NCBI GenBank assembly: GCA_950097015.1
Contig: CATNEN010000001.1
Location: forward strand, 23,622,001 to 23,686,000
Source: Macrostomum hystrix
Taxonomy: Eukaryota; Animalia; Platyhelminthes
DNA length: 64,000 nt
Reading direction: 5' to 3'
Shown: one piece after another, positions 35,569 through 49,104 of the stretch
Numbering within the stretch: position 1 is the first letter of the stretch
Layout of the letters: every line of letters starts with the position of its first letter
The notes under the pieces: model-generated
What the model was told of the DNA's origin: nothing
Seen by the model: the letters and a program-made list of their open reading frames with translations, nothing else
Database searches by the model: none
Program-made: the position numbers and the translations under genes

Positions 35569-38500
35569 GTAGCCAAAGATTCACCATCGACATCGGTTGG
35601 CAATGAGGTTGAGCAGCGCCTGTTGCAGCAGTTAAGCCAGCTACAACATCGGCCAGATGCTGGCCAGCTGCTTGAAGAGGCCTTGCAGCTGTTGCGAGAT
35701 CAGCCAGAGGCTCTGCCATCGTCATCGCCTGCGCTCATCGAAGCGGCGATGGACGCCCTGGTGACGGTGGAGTCCGACCAGTGGCTAGACCGGTGCTGCC
35801 AGCTGGCCGGTCTCATTTTCAGACGCAACCTGCAGTCTATGGTTCAAAGTCTGGTTAATCAGGTGCCATTCTACGCCAAGTGAGTCTCTTAAATCCCTGC
35901 TTCACTCAGTGCTTTTCGCTTTTAGCTTAATTAGTTGCGCTTTAAACTGGCAATCAAAGGGTCTCCCAAAGACCCTAATTCAGGCACTCCCTAAGCCTTG
36001 ATTCAGGCACTCCCTAAGCCTTGATTCAGGCACTCCCTAAGCCTTGATTCAGGCACTCCCTCAGCCTTGATTCAGGCACTCCCTAAGCCTTGATTCAGGC
36101 ACTCCCTCAGCCTTGATTCAGACACTCCCTAAGCCTTGATTCAGGCACTCCCTCAGCCTTGATTCAGGCACTCCCTAAGCCTTGATTCAGGCACTCCCTA
36201 AGCCTTGATTCAGGCACTCCCTCAGCCTTGATTCAGGCACTCACTAAGCCTTGATTCAGACACTCCCTAAGCCTTGATTCAGGCACTCCCTAAGCCTTGA
36301 TTCAGGCACTCCCTAAGCCTTGATTCAGGCACTCCCTAAGCCTTGATTCAGGCACTCCCTAAGCCTTGATTCAGGCACTCCCTAAGCCTTGATTCAGGCA
36401 CTCCCTAAGCCTTGATTCAGGCACTCCCTAAGCCTTGACTCAGGCACTCTCTAATCCTGTAACGATCTTTCAGACGCGATAGCTGCTGCTAATTTCAGAG
36501 ACGCCCGACCTGACCGCGTTATTCGCCTGTTGCGCGTCGCTCACGGCGTCCTTGACGACAATCGTTCAGCTAATAATAACATTAACGGTTTGTCACAACA
36601 GGCGGATGCCGCTATGGCCAGGTGTGTCAGAAAAAATCTCGTAGATTTGCTACGGAAATGCTGCCCTGACGAGCAACAGCAGCAGCAACAGCAGCAGCAA
36701 CAGCAGCAGCAACTGAAGCAACATCAGCGACAGCAGCAGATGAATTTATTAGCCGGGTCACAACTATGCAATTTAGCCTGCCGAGTTGACCTTAGCGGCC
36801 TGTCTGATCCAGATTCTGCCTGTCTGGCTATTGTTAACTGTCTGAGCTCAGTGCACCTGCTCTCCATGAAAGACTCCATTTTTGTCTTCCTGGAACAGTG
36901 CAACCGTTTGCTAGCCCTGCTGTGGTCTAATAGCAGATTGGCTATGTACCAATCGCTTGAGAGACTGTTTGCCGAGCTCAGTCTCTGCCGACAGTCCAAT
37001 CAGCGTCAGAATCAGGGCCAACTGCTAGCGCTAAGCCTCAGAAATGTGCCAATCAGTGTTGTGCCATTGTGCTCTGACCGGGTGGCTGAGATGTGAGTCC
37101 CGCTTTGCTTCAAATTGCTTGATGTCTATGGGCATGTGCTCCGTTAATACTACAATATTATCTTACAATCAGGCTCCCTTGTAAAAGATTCCGTTAGCGA
37201 TGTGATTTAGTGGATAAAGATCCCATGGCTCGAAAAATCCCAATCTGACCAAGGATTTCATAGCCACTAAAGATCCCATTGTCATCAAAGATCCCATTGT
37301 CATCAAAGATCACATTGTCATCAAAGATCCCATTGTCATCAAAGATCACATTGTCATCAAAGATCCCATTGTCATAAAAGATCCCATTGTCATCAAAGAT
37401 CCCATTACCATCAAAGATCCTATTGTCATCAAAGATCCCATTACCATCAAAGATCCCATTACCATCAAAGATCCCATTACCATCAAAGATCCCATTACCA
37501 TCAAAGATCCTATTGTCATCAAAGATCCCATTACCATCAAAGATCCCATTACCATCAAAGATCCCATTACCATCAAAGATCCTATTGTCATCAAAGATCC
37601 CATTACCATCAAAGATCCCATTACCATCAAAGATCCTATTGTCATCAAAGATCCCATTACCATCAAAGATCCCATTACCATCAAAGATCCCATTGTCATC
37701 AAAGATCCCATTACCATCAAAGATCCCATTACCATCAAAGATCCTATTGTCATCAAAGATCCCATTACCATCAAAGATCCCATTGTCATAAAAGATCCCA
37801 TTGTCATCAAAGATCCCATTACCATCAAAGATCCTATTGTCATCAAAGATCCCATTACCATCAAAGATCCCATTACCATCAAAGATCCCATTACCATCAA
37901 AGATCCTATTGTCATCAAAGATCCCATTACCATCAAAGATCCCATTACCATCAAAGATCCCATTACCATCAAAGATCCCATTACCATCAAAGATCCTATT
38001 GTCATCAAAGATCCCATTACCATCAAAGATCCCATTACCATCAAAGATCCTATTGTCATCAAAGATCCCATTACCATCAAAGATCCCATTGTCATCAAAG
38101 ATCCCATTGTCATCAAAGATCCCATTACCATCAAAGATCCCATTGTCATCAAAGATCCCATTACCATCAAAGATCCCATTACCATCAAAGATCCTATTGT
38201 CATCAAAGATCCCATTACCATCAAAGATCCCATTGTCATCAAAGATCCCATTACCATCAAAGATCCCATTACCATCAAAGATCCCATTACCATCAATGAT
38301 CCTATTGTCATCAAAGATCCCATTACCATCAAAGATCACACTGTCAATCACATTTCTCCCCGTCTCCCCAGGTACTCCTCTGACGCGGACAGCTACAATG
38401 CCATCTTGGACTCGGTGCTGCACAGCCTTCGCTATCCTGGCCACGGATCAGTGGAGAGCGGCTGGCTTCTGTACCTGCTGCGAGCCGCACTCCGCTACAA

Positions 38501-41500
38501 TCACACTGTGCTCTGCCTGACCTACATGAAACAGAGACTGGACACTGTAGCCGCATTGCTCATTGCTCAGCCCAGCCGGTCTCCGGCCCTAACCGTGTTC
38601 GACTTCTTCGCTTTAACAAATCGGCCCGCTTGTGTATTGGCCAGGTGTGTACTCCAATTGTGCTCTAAAAACCCGTTGAAATTTTTCTTTCGGACTTCTA
38701 ACGGCGAGGTCTGGAGTTCGAGTCTCATCATTTAAGCAAGACTATTATTTTTTCGCGGTTCGACTCTTGAACCAACTCAAACTTTAGGGAGTGAAGGTGA
38801 GTGCCCGAGATGCGGTTAAAGCGTTTGCCTCTCGCGCCAAGGTTCCTGAGCTCGATTCAGCGCCGAGGCCGAATTCATTTGGGGCGCAGCCGCTGAGCGA
38901 ATGCTCCAAGGCACAGTGAGAGTGTACACTGCCTGACGATGAGAAAGTCTGGCAGAAGTACACACCTCTGTGCGTGTGTGCTTAAGAGTCAGCGAAATGG
39001 GGAGAATTGCCTCCTCGCTGGCCGCGGGTCTAGTGTCACCGAATGGTGTGCCATTGCCCGCAGCCCTCCTGCAATTATTATGATTATGATTATTATTAAA
39101 TCTACGTGTAAAAATAAATATTCCAGAGACTGCCTAGCCAAACAACTGCTGCCAGTGCTGAAAGCTGAAGGCGACACGAAGGCGCTGTGCGATCTGGCCG
39201 AATTGGCCTGGGCTCTGCGGCTTATTTGGGTCGAGATGAAGCGCAAGGTTGGTTTTGCGGTGGGGCTATATAGTTTCCCACTTGCCGATATGTATAGAAA
39301 AATCTCTGGGTCAACCAAATGATTCGCCAAGTGCAGTACTGAGTAAATGTACTTTTTTTACAATGCCATCCGCATTTAATAGACCCATCGGCTGCTGCCA
39401 CAACGACCTCGAACTGGCGAAGCTTCGGACAGACCGTTGCAGCACCAGTCAGATGATCCTGCTGAGCTGAACGACTCAGCTCTCACCGCTGAGTTCTTTG
39501 GTCCGCCTGGCAGTCCGTTGCGTCTTTTAGTCGAAGAATTTCCGTCGCCTCCATCGGACAGCTTAAAGCAGAGACTGCAGGCTCACAGCACAAAGCGGCT
39601 GGTGGCGGAGGCCATCGCCGATGCCACTGCGGCTACTGCGGGACCCGCCGCCGCGGCTGGGCCGTCGGCTGCGACTGTCCCGATGGCTCCATCCAGCTCG
39701 ATGTCTATGGTTGGTCGTCTGGCTCGGATTTGTCATTCATATCCTTTTAAAGTTATTGTTCTGATCAATAAGCCTTTGAGTAGCTACTCCCTAGTTAACT
39801 CTTGAGTATCCCTGCTCAAACTCTTGAGTATCCCTACTTAAACTCTTGAGTATCCCTACTTAAACTCTTGAGTATCCCTACTTAAACTCTTGACTATCCC
39901 TACTTAAACTCTTGAGTATCCCTACTTTAACTCTTGAGTATCCCTGCTCAAACTCTTGAGCATACTTACTAAAAATCTTGAGTATCCCTGCTCAAACCCT
40001 TAAGGATCCTTACTGAAACACCGGCGTAGCTCTACTCAAACTCTTGAGTATACCTGCTCAAACTCTTGAGAACCCGTCTGAGTAAGCTTTCGTGTTCCCT
40101 ACTAAAACACTCGGGTAAATTAAAACTAAAACACTTCACTGTTATCACTTTTTATTAAGAATATTTCGCACCCGCAGACACCAATAAAGATCGAGCATTT
40201 CCCAGGCCGATTGGGTCTGGTTAACCTGGGTAACACCTGCTATGCCAGCGCCGCTATTCAACTACTGTCAGCCTGTGCCAGAATCTGCACTGACCTCATA
40301 AGCGGCCTCTCCAGGACTGCTGATGCCACTGTTGCTTCTGCCAGGAATAGTGGCGGCGGTGGAACTTCCTCAGTGAGTCTAATTTGTGATTTGACATCAA
40401 ATCTGGTTCTTTCTGATTGGTCGCGAATCCATCAAATATGGTCCTATTCTGATTGGTTGCGAATCCATCAAATCTGGTCTTGTTCTGATTGGTTGCGAAT
40501 CCATCACATATGGTCCTATTCTGATTGGTTGCGAATCCATCACATATGGTCCTATTCTGATTGGTTGCGAATCCATCACATATGGTCCTATTCTGATTGG
40601 TTGCGAATCCATCAAATCTGGTCCTTTTCCGATTGTTTGCTAATCCGTCCAATCTGGTCTTATGCTGATTGGCTGCAATGTATTTTTAGTTCAGAACTCA
40701 TACTTACTACTAAAATGTGATTGAGTAGCATGTTTAGAGTATTCTGCTTAACCTTCTGCCCAGGTGAGCGAGCACCTTGCCGCCCTGCTCACCAGCTTGT
40801 CGCCGCAGCCGGAGTCAGCCGCGCTGCCGTCATCGCAGAAGTCGCCAAATCCGCTGCTGTTCCTTCGGCGATCCCGCCCGTCGTACATGAGCGCAGGCAG
40901 CCAGCAGGACTCAGCCGAGTATCTGCTCCACGTCATCGACTGCCTGATCGAGGAGGAGCGAGCCGCCGCATTGGCCGCTGAACCGGTTGTCTCCCGGTGT
41001 TTTAGCGGCCGCCTCGGAGTTCAATTGCGCTGCAGCCAGGCGGGTCATATCATGCGGTCAACAGCCCCGTTTGTTACTCTGCACTTGGCTTTGAGAAAGC
41101 ATGCTGAGAATAGCGTCTCAAAGATGCTCGAAGATTACCTGCTTCCCGAGACCCTCACCGGTGATGACAGGCTGCTGTGCGGGGAGTGCCGCGACAAGGT
41201 TTGGGCAACACCTAGCATATCAGCTGATCCTTTGGCTTTCTTGGTGTCTGCAAAGATCCTCAGTTGGAGCAGTCAACCTCCCAGATCCTCAGTTTGAGCA
41301 GTCATCCTCCCAGATCCTCAGTTTGAGCAGTCAACCTCCCAGATCCTCAGTTTGAGCAGTCAACCTCCCAGATCCTCAGTTTGAGCAGTCAACCTCCCAG
41401 TCCTCAGTTTGAGCAGTCATCCTCCCAGATCTTCAGTTTGAGCAGTCTTCCTCCCAGATCCTCAGTTTGAGCAGTCAACCTCCCAGATCCTCAGTTGGAG

Positions 41501-42385
41501 CAGTCAACCTCCCAGATCCTCAGTTTGAGCAGTCAACCTCCCAGATCCTCAGTTTGAGCAGTCATCCTCCCAGATCCTCAGTTTGAGCAGTCAACCTCTC
41601 AGATCCTCAGTTTGAGCAGTCATCCTCCCAGTCCTCAGTTTGAGCAGTCATCCTCCCAGTCCTCAGTTTGAGCAGTCAACCTCCCAGTCCTCAGTTTGAG
41701 CAGTCAACCTCCCAGTCCTCAGTTTGAGCAGTCAACCTCCCAGATCCTCAGTTGGAGCAGTCAACCTCCCAGATCCTCAGTTTGAGCAGTCAACCTCCCA
41801 GTCCTCAGTTTGAGCAGTCAACCTCCCAGTCCTCAGTTTGAGCAGTCAACCTCCCAGTCCTCAGTTTGAGCAGTCATCCTCCCAGATCCTCAGTTTGAGC
41901 AGTCAACCTCGCAGATCCTCAGTTTGAGCAGTCATCCTCCCAGATCCTCAGTTTGAGCATCACCCATCCATTCTCCACAGGTGGACGCAGAAAAGTGTCT
42001 GAGTTTGCAGCACCTGCCAGACTGCCTGCTGCTGGTACTGCAGCTGTTCCACTTTGACCCGGCCACCCTGGCAGCCTCCAAGGACACCCAGTCCACTGTC
42101 AGACTGGAGCCTAGGATCATGGTGCCAGTGGAGTCCTCGCAGCAGCAGCAGCAGCAGTCTATTGTTAATATCCCCTACCGTCTGGAAGCATTCGTGGTTC
42201 ATCACGGCATGTCTCTGCACAGCGGTCACTACACAGCGGTCTGCAGGCACCAATCTGACAGTGATCCTTCATCAGCTTGGATTCATGCCAATGACGACTG
42301 GGTGACCAGCACCCGCCTTGACGAGTGGAACACCAACAGTGGCAGCAGGACTCCATATTTGCTGCTCTATGTGCGAGATGCCTGA
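35569..42385 (+). CDS. USP38/USP35-like ubiquitin-specific protease; exons 35569-35879, 36499-37092, 38372-38644, 39127-39247, 39383-39709, 40178-40372, 40764-41198, 41981-42385 (start exon not found)
   Basis: All junctions GT-AG and phase-compatible. Cys box GLVNLGNTCY, SRPSYMSAGSQQDSAEYL..LIEEE, LPETLTGDD, His box HHGMSLHSGHY, ANDD, TPYLLLY; long helical N-terminus. Confidence 0.9.
35975..36452. repeat. Intronic 23-bp minisatellite (attcaggcactccctaagccttg)
   Basis: Sister unit of the 34623 array. Confidence 0.97.
37270..38347. repeat. Intronic 18-bp minisatellite (catcaaagatcccattac/gt)
   Basis: Tandem copies ending about 25 bp before the acceptor at 38371. Confidence 0.97.
38795..39097 (+). 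mobile_element. tRNA-derived SINE (family 1), intronic
   Basis: A-box-like gtgcccgagatgcggttaaagcg, B-box-like gagctcgattc, (att/atg)n tail; second copy at 51281-51460 on the minus strand. Confidence 0.75.
39797..40070. repeat. Intronic 22-bp minisatellite (aactcttgagtatccctactta)
   Basis: Degenerating tandem copies. Confidence 0.9.
40395..40680. repeat. Intronic 36-bp minisatellite (ggtcctattctgattggttgcgaatccatcacatat)
   Basis: About 7 copies after the donor at 40373. Confidence 0.92.
41253..41960. repeat. Intronic 28/29-bp minisatellite (cagatcctcagtttgagcagtcaacctcc)
   Basis: Fills nearly the whole intron. Confidence 0.96.
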
Positions 42386-42472
42386 CACACCCACTACTAT
42401 GCTTGTACCTCTGCGTTGCTAAGCGCCTTATTGCTTTAGTTCACCATTGTATTGCTGCTTCTGGTTCTCCAA

Positions 42473-42850
42473 CCTCTGCCATAGATCCCTGCATCTCTGC
42501 CATAGATCCCTGCATCTCTGCCATAGATCCCTGCATCTCTGCCATAGATCCCTGCATCTCTGCCATAGATCCCTGCATCTCTGCCATAGATCCCTGCATC
42601 TCTGCCATAGATCCTGCATCTCTGTCATAGATCCCTACATCTCTGCCATAGATCCCTACATCTCTGCCATAGATCCCTACATCTCTGCCATAGATCCCTG
42701 CATCTCTGCCATAGATCCCTACATCTCTGCCATAGATCCGTGCATCTCTGTCATAGATCCCTACATCTCTGCCATAGATCCCTACATCTCTGCCATAGAT
42801 CCCTACATCTCTGCCATAGATCCCTAAATCTCTCCCATAGATATCTACAT
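42473..42850. repeat. 21-bp minisatellite (ctctgccatagatccctgcat)
   Basis: Starts about 90 bp after the USP38-like stop. Confidence 0.95.
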
Positions 42851-43347
42851 CTCTCTTATCTCCCTTCATATTTTCCTGCCTCCTCTCCCTCTAAACCAAT
42901 ACGAGTGTCTCGTATCGTACCATTAATTCCCTAGTTACTATAATAGGGAAATCCAAGTCGCTATTCTTCCTAAATTATTTATCTGCTCGTTTTATACCCG
43001 TAAAAATGTGTTCAGGCCTCGTAAAGTTTATAATATCTTCTTATTGATTTAGTTCTCAAGATAAAGCTATCCGGTATTTTGCTAACCCAGTGCGAATTTT
43101 ATTGTTGAATTACATTAGCCTATTTTTTATAGAGCCTGTTCTTACGGTTATATTACTGTTAGTAGTTTTTAGATTTATTGGCTATGTGCTCTTATGCTTA
43201 CCTGCTGCCTCTGCGCACTGTTTATAATATTCAGATTAGTTTAACTAAGTTCCATGCTTTGTGTATTCTGGTGTGTCTTCAGTATTTAACCCAGTAATCC
43301 TGTTCTTGTCGTCAAGCACTTTATAATGGACAACGCTATCATGGAAA

Positions 43348-43918
43348 GCGACGATAATCAATTGAGAATCGACGATAATCCCGTGAGAATCGACGATATC
43401 CCGTGAGAATCGACAATAATCCATTGAGAATCGACGATAATCCCGTGAGAATCGGCGGTAACCCATTGAGAATCAGCGATAATCCCGTGAGAATCTGCGA
43501 TAACCCATTGAGAATCAGCGATAATCCCGTGAGAATCGGCGATAATGCCGTGAGAATCTGCGATAATCCCATGAGAATCGACGATAACCCATTGAGAATC
43601 AGCGATAATCCCGTGAGAATCGACGATAAACCATTGAGAATCAGCGATAATCCCATGAGAATCAGCGATAATCCCGTGAGAATCGACGATAACCCATTGA
43701 GAATCAGCGATAATCCCATGAGAATCGACGATAACCCATTGAGAATCAGCGATAATCCCATGAGAATCGGCGATAATCCTATGAGAATCGACGATAACCC
43801 ATTGAGAATCAGCGATAATCCCATGAGAATCGACGATAATCTATTGAGAATCGACGATATCCCGTGAGAATCGATGATAATCCATTGAGAATCGACGATA
43901 ATCTATTGAGAATCGACG
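43348..43918. repeat. 21-bp minisatellite (gagaatcgacgataatcccgt)
   Basis: Tandem variants. Confidence 0.95.
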
Positions 43919-44139
43919 TTGTTAAAGTTTGTTAATACTCTGTAAGTCATCTTGATGGAATGAGTTAAATACAACTCGATAAAAATGAAGCCACTTGACT
44001 GTTTGTCTGCGTGCCAAACTGAGAGGAGTGCCATGCTTTGATTGTTTACAAAAACTTCAACAGTTCATTCTCTTTCTCGCAGTCAGCAAGAGTACATTTG
44101 TAGGTTTTTGTACTTTATTTAGTTTTTGCTTTTTGCTTC

Positions 44140-44935
44140 TACCGTATCAGAATCGTCCCTACCCTATCAGAACCTTCCTTACAGTATCAGAACCATCCTT
44201 ACCCTTTCAGAACCTTCCTTACCCTATCAGAACCTTCCTTACCATATCAGAACCTTCCTTACTGTATCAGAACCATCCTTACCCTTTCAGAACCTTCCTT
44301 ACCCTATCAGAACCTTCCTTACCATATCAGAACCTTCCTTACTGTATCAGAACCATCCTTACCCTTTCAGAACCTTCCTTACCCTATCAGAACCTTCCCT
44401 ACCCTATCAGAACCTTCCCTACCCTATCAGAATCGTCTCTACCCTATCAGAACCTTCCCTACCCTATCAGAACCTTCCCTACCCTATCAGAACCTTCCCT
44501 ACCCTATCAGAATCGTCTCTACCCTATCAGAACCTTCCCTACCCTATCAGAATCGTCTCTACCCTATCAGAATCGTCTCTACCCTATCAGAACCTTCCCT
44601 ACCCTATCAGAATCGTCTCTACCCTATCAGGATCGTCTCTACCCTATCAGAACTTTCCTTACCCTATCAGAATCGTCTCTACCCTATCAGAATCGTCCCT
44701 ACCCTATCATAACCTTCCTTACAGTATCAGAACCATCCTTACCCTTTCAGAACCTTCCTTACCCTATCAGAACCTTCCCTACCCTATCAGAACCTTCCCT
44801 ACCCTATCAGAACCTTCCCTACCCTATCAGAATGGTCCCTACCCTAGAAGAATCATCCTAACCCATTTAGAATCGTTGAAAAACTATCAGAATCTCAACC
44901 TAGGGAAGAAGAATCGCCCCTACCCTATGAGAGTC
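44140..44935. repeat. 20-bp minisatellite (accctatcagaaccttccct)
   Basis: Decays about 40 bp before the acceptor at 44978. Confidence 0.95.
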
Positions 44936-44978
44936 GCCTCTTGTCAAGAGTAATATAATCATAATCCTCTCATTCCAG

Positions 44979-45176
44979 GATCCCCAAGAGGATTCCCCCG
45001 ATGCAGTGGCAGCGGCTGCAGTTGATGCACCTGCGGCAGTAACAGTCGTCGACAATCCGCCCGCTGACGTGACCCCAGAGCCTGCCGATGCTGTCCCCGA
45101 CCAGACTGCGGAGGTTGCTGACGATTTTTTCCCGCCTCCTGCCTCGTCTCCTAAGCCTGACGAGCAGCAGCAGCAC

Positions 45177-45215
<39 letters not shown>

Positions 45216-45341
45216 CAGGAGGAGGAGGAGGAGGTCACTATCCCCCATTCGGAAGTTCTCGGAGCTGAAGAAGACAATAAGCAAGACAAAGAAGATCCAG
45301 AACAGCAAATTTCTAGGGAAGCACCGCCGCCTCCTCTGCCC

Positions 45342-45385
<44 letters not shown>

Positions 45386-48044
45386 TGCTTCGCATGAGAG
45401 GCCGCCCGGCATTGGCGGCAGCCGCAGCTACCACCGGCTGACGGAGCCCTGGTCGCCAGAGTCCAGTTTTGTTGGCGGCTTCTCAGCCAGTTGTCACGGC
45501 TCGCCGCTGTCGTCTCCAGCCGCCAGGCTGTCTCGCCGCGATTTTCTCAACGACAATGATGACGAAGAAATGGCGGGCTACTCGGCTTCGACTGCTGGCC
45601 GACGTTCGCCAAGCCCGGCGGAGCGGGCCATCCGCCTCGAGGCCGCCAAGAACAGCATCTATGCCATGCTGGGCCGCCCACCCTCCGCCTCCCCGCCGCC
45701 CACCGCGCCTCCTCCGCCCCCACCGCCGCCGGCCCTGACTCAAACTGCGCAACAAAACGGCGAACTGCCAGAATTTGATTACGAATCACTGAGGCGCGAC
45801 CTGGATGAGATTCAGAGCCGACTGGCTGAGCGTAGATTTCTAAATGGCGGCGCCGGCGGTGGCGCCGGCGGTGGCGGCGGCGGTGGCAGCGGCAGCGGCA
45901 GTGTCGGCTCCCCAGCCAGGCTCAAGTGGGATTATCGAGCTGACATCGGCGCCGACGGAGACGGTGGCGGGAATGTCAGCGGCGGAGTCAGCGGCGATCT
46001 TGTCGGCCTTGGCGATGATGTAGGCAGCAGGCAGCGCTACTATGAGACGCATCGTCAGTCACCTCCGCAGCAGCAGCCGCCAGCACCGCCGCCGCCACCA
46101 CCCCTACGAGCCTACTATCGTGGCGAGCCGGGACTTTCAACGTCCACATTTCTGAGCAGCCCCGATCCCGAAGATCCGGAGAACGCACGCTATCACCGGC
46201 CCCAGGCGCGGCGACAGTTCCAGCTGCATCAGCAGACTGTGCAGCCGCAGCAGCAGCGGCACCAATACCAGCGCCTGCTCGATGAAGCCGAAGCTGCTGA
46301 ACGTGGACTTCGTCATCGGCTCACCGGCGGAACCGGTGGTGGTGGCGGTCGTGGCCCCCGAGAAACCGAACGCCCCAGCGAGAACTTCTCAGATGAAGCT
46401 GGCGAGGAGGCCGCCGATCTTGACGTTGACGGCGAGGGAGAAGATGATGACGAGGAGGAGGAAACTCGCGAGTCCACCCATCCGGGCTCCAACGACGCCG
46501 TGCCGCCGAGATTTCCGCGCGACGCTTTCGGCTCCTCGCGCGTCGGTCGCAGCGGAGGCGCCACTGAGGACGACGTCACCTCGCTGGACGACACCCCGCG
46601 CGCTGTAGTCGCCGCTCCGACTGCTGACGCCCAGCTGCAGCAGGCCTGGGAGAAGTTCCAGCGAGCCCGCAGGCCGCGAGGGCTCCGCCAGATGCTAGCC
46701 GACCCGCTGCCCGCAGTGCTCGGTCGGGTTGACCCCACGCTGACTTCCACCTCCTCGGCGGAGCGTCGAAGTGACGCCAACGACGATGTCGAAGATGACG
46801 ACGATGATGAAGCTGCTGAAGGCCTGGCTTCCGACGTCAGCGATCTGGATGCACAGACGCTGCGACTGCAGGCGCTGCTGCTGCGCCAGAAGGAGAAGCT
46901 GATGGAGGCAAGGGCCGCTGAACGCCGTCGTCGGGAGCGAATTCGCATCCTGCAGCGCCTCCTCAAGGAGCGGGGGAGCAGCGGCGGCAGCAGCGGTGGC
47001 GGCGGTGGCAGCAACGGAGGCAGTGTGGGCGATCGCCGTCGGGTTCCTAAGCCAATCCTGTCCGTGTCTGAGCAGCATCAGCAGCAGCAGCCGCGAAAGA
47101 CAGTTACCATAGCAACGCGCAGACGCGGAGATGTCAGCAGTGAGTATAGCAACAATCGAGAAGAAGGTGTTGACGAAGAGGATGAGTCCTGCGGCACCGT
47201 GACGCCACTGCCAACGGATCGGACCGACGCCACGCAGACCCTCGACGAGCCGACACTGCCGCACAGTATGAGCAGCGTGGGCCGCCGAAGGCATCAGCAG
47301 CAGCAGCAGCAGCAACCGAGGCGTCCAGATGAAATCGACGAAATATTTCTTCGAGCAAATCGCGCGGCCAAGATCGCTCCTCGCGGTCTGGCCTGGTTTC
47401 TGCCCGTTGAACAGCGGAAGGTGCCGCCGTCGCCGCCACCGCCGACGCCGCTGCCACCGCCCGCTGGCGACTATCGGCAAGATGCTGAGCCTCGTCGCTT
47501 CGCCACGGAGCTGCTGGTCAGCGATGACATCGTCGCCAGCCAGCATGGCGGTGCCAGCAACGAGCTGCAGGAGGCCTTCAATCAGCGCATGTCGGAGTTC
47601 GTCAGCCGCAGTCGGGCGCGTCAGAAGCGGGTCCGGCTGGCAGCCGAGGAACGCCAAGTTGTAGCTGACTTGGAGCGCGAGCGCCTGAGCTTGTTCGCCT
47701 CGCCTCGCCTGGCCACTGGCTCCCAGCAGCCGCAGCAGCCGCAGCAGCCGCAGCAGCTGCCGCCAGCAAAGACTTGGGCCCACCGGCTTAAGGTTCGGCC
47801 GAAAACAGCCCATGGCTCATCTGGCAAGCAGCAGCAGCAGCAGCGGCAGAGGCGCATGCCAATGGTCATTGTCAATGGCAACGGCGGCGGCGGTGTGAAA
47901 CGCTGGCCGGAGACCATCGCCCGCGAGGAGGCCGAGAGGCGAGCCGCCAGGCTCAGAAATAACCGCCTTCGGCAGCAGGTCTATGGTGAGCGTCTGCTCA
48001 GGAGTGTGCTCAAACGCCACGGCGGCTGGCGATCTATCGATTGA
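44979..48044 (+). CDS. ALMS-motif protein (ALMS1/C10orf90/CEP295 family), one large terminal exon
   Basis: cattccag acceptor opens a frame of over 1000 codons; GLAWFLPVE, LQEAF..EFVSRSRARQKRVRL..ERERLSLF and WPETIAREEAERR..NNRLRQQVYGERLL match the ALMS motif as I recall it. Confidence 0.8.
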
Positions 48045-49104
48045 TTTTCTGGATTTACAAATAACCGAAAATAACTGGTGCTTGACCTGATACCTGTCAC
48101 CTAAAACCCTATAGAAGGATTAATTTGTTTTGCTAATAGCTTGGTGTTTAAGAAATTGCTAAGGTTACGCTAATTTATTTGTTAAATTTCAAATACTAAT
48201 TAAGTGTTAGTAGATAACTATAAATTCTTTTTTTAATTAAAATTATTTTTACTGGCAGGATAATTTCAGTAAACTATCGAATATATTTTTTAATTTCTTC
48301 TTTATGGAGCTGGATTTCCATGTTTAAGTTTTTATTTACATTTTGCGTGTTACAAGGAAATTCCGGCTTATTTGACTACTCTCTACTCAGTAGTACAAAA
48401 GGAATTTTAAAACTAATGTTCATTCTATAGTGTGAAGATTTTTTGCAACCTGATTAATATTTGTTTCCTAGAATGCTTCACGAAAGAAACTCATGACTCG
48501 ATTCCATATAACTTTAGTTGTTAGTTACCGTTTGAATTTGCTAAGCATGTTTGATCACTGAGACCTACTCACTATTCACTAACCGATTCGTGATTTAGTC
48601 TCTATAGGTATTTTTGTTCCCATTCCGTCCAAAATATGTTACAATTGCAGGAAGGCATGCATGTTATTTTTTAATACATTTATTTAGTTTTTTTTCTATT
48701 CAATTTTAGGCTGTGAGCGAACTGCTATTTATGTCGCTTAACCTTCAACAAAAAAATTAGTCACAAGCTGTGTCTCGAGTTTGATTGTGTTTACCCGTTT
48801 AGTACTCTTGGCATATGCTGAGGAGGAAGTAATATATTATGGGCTGTTCTTTTATTTTATAATTCTGTATGAGTGAGCTGCGCTCTCAGTATCCTGTTTA
48901 AGTAAAATGTACTTTCTTGTCTGTTTCTTAGCTGTCATTTAGAGCTATTGTTCTTATTATATACAAGCGTATAGCATATAAACAAATCGGGTGTTTGTAG
49001 CATAAAATTTTTGCTGACCCATCAGTTGACAAAGATTGGGTCGAGAAAATGATTTTTCTTGTCGGATTAAACTTCAATTTTTATGTGGACAGCCGATTGC
49101 AACT

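Noticed and set aside
37194-38520. DGNGIF-repeat ORF resembling a beta-solenoid or RTX protein
   Set aside because: Antisense reading of an 18-bp array inside a well-defined intron.
38930-39010. Possible hammerhead ribozyme (ctgacga..gaaa, cttaaga..cgaaa) in the SINE
   Set aside because: No stem II, and the core bases are not kept in the second copy at 51281-51460.
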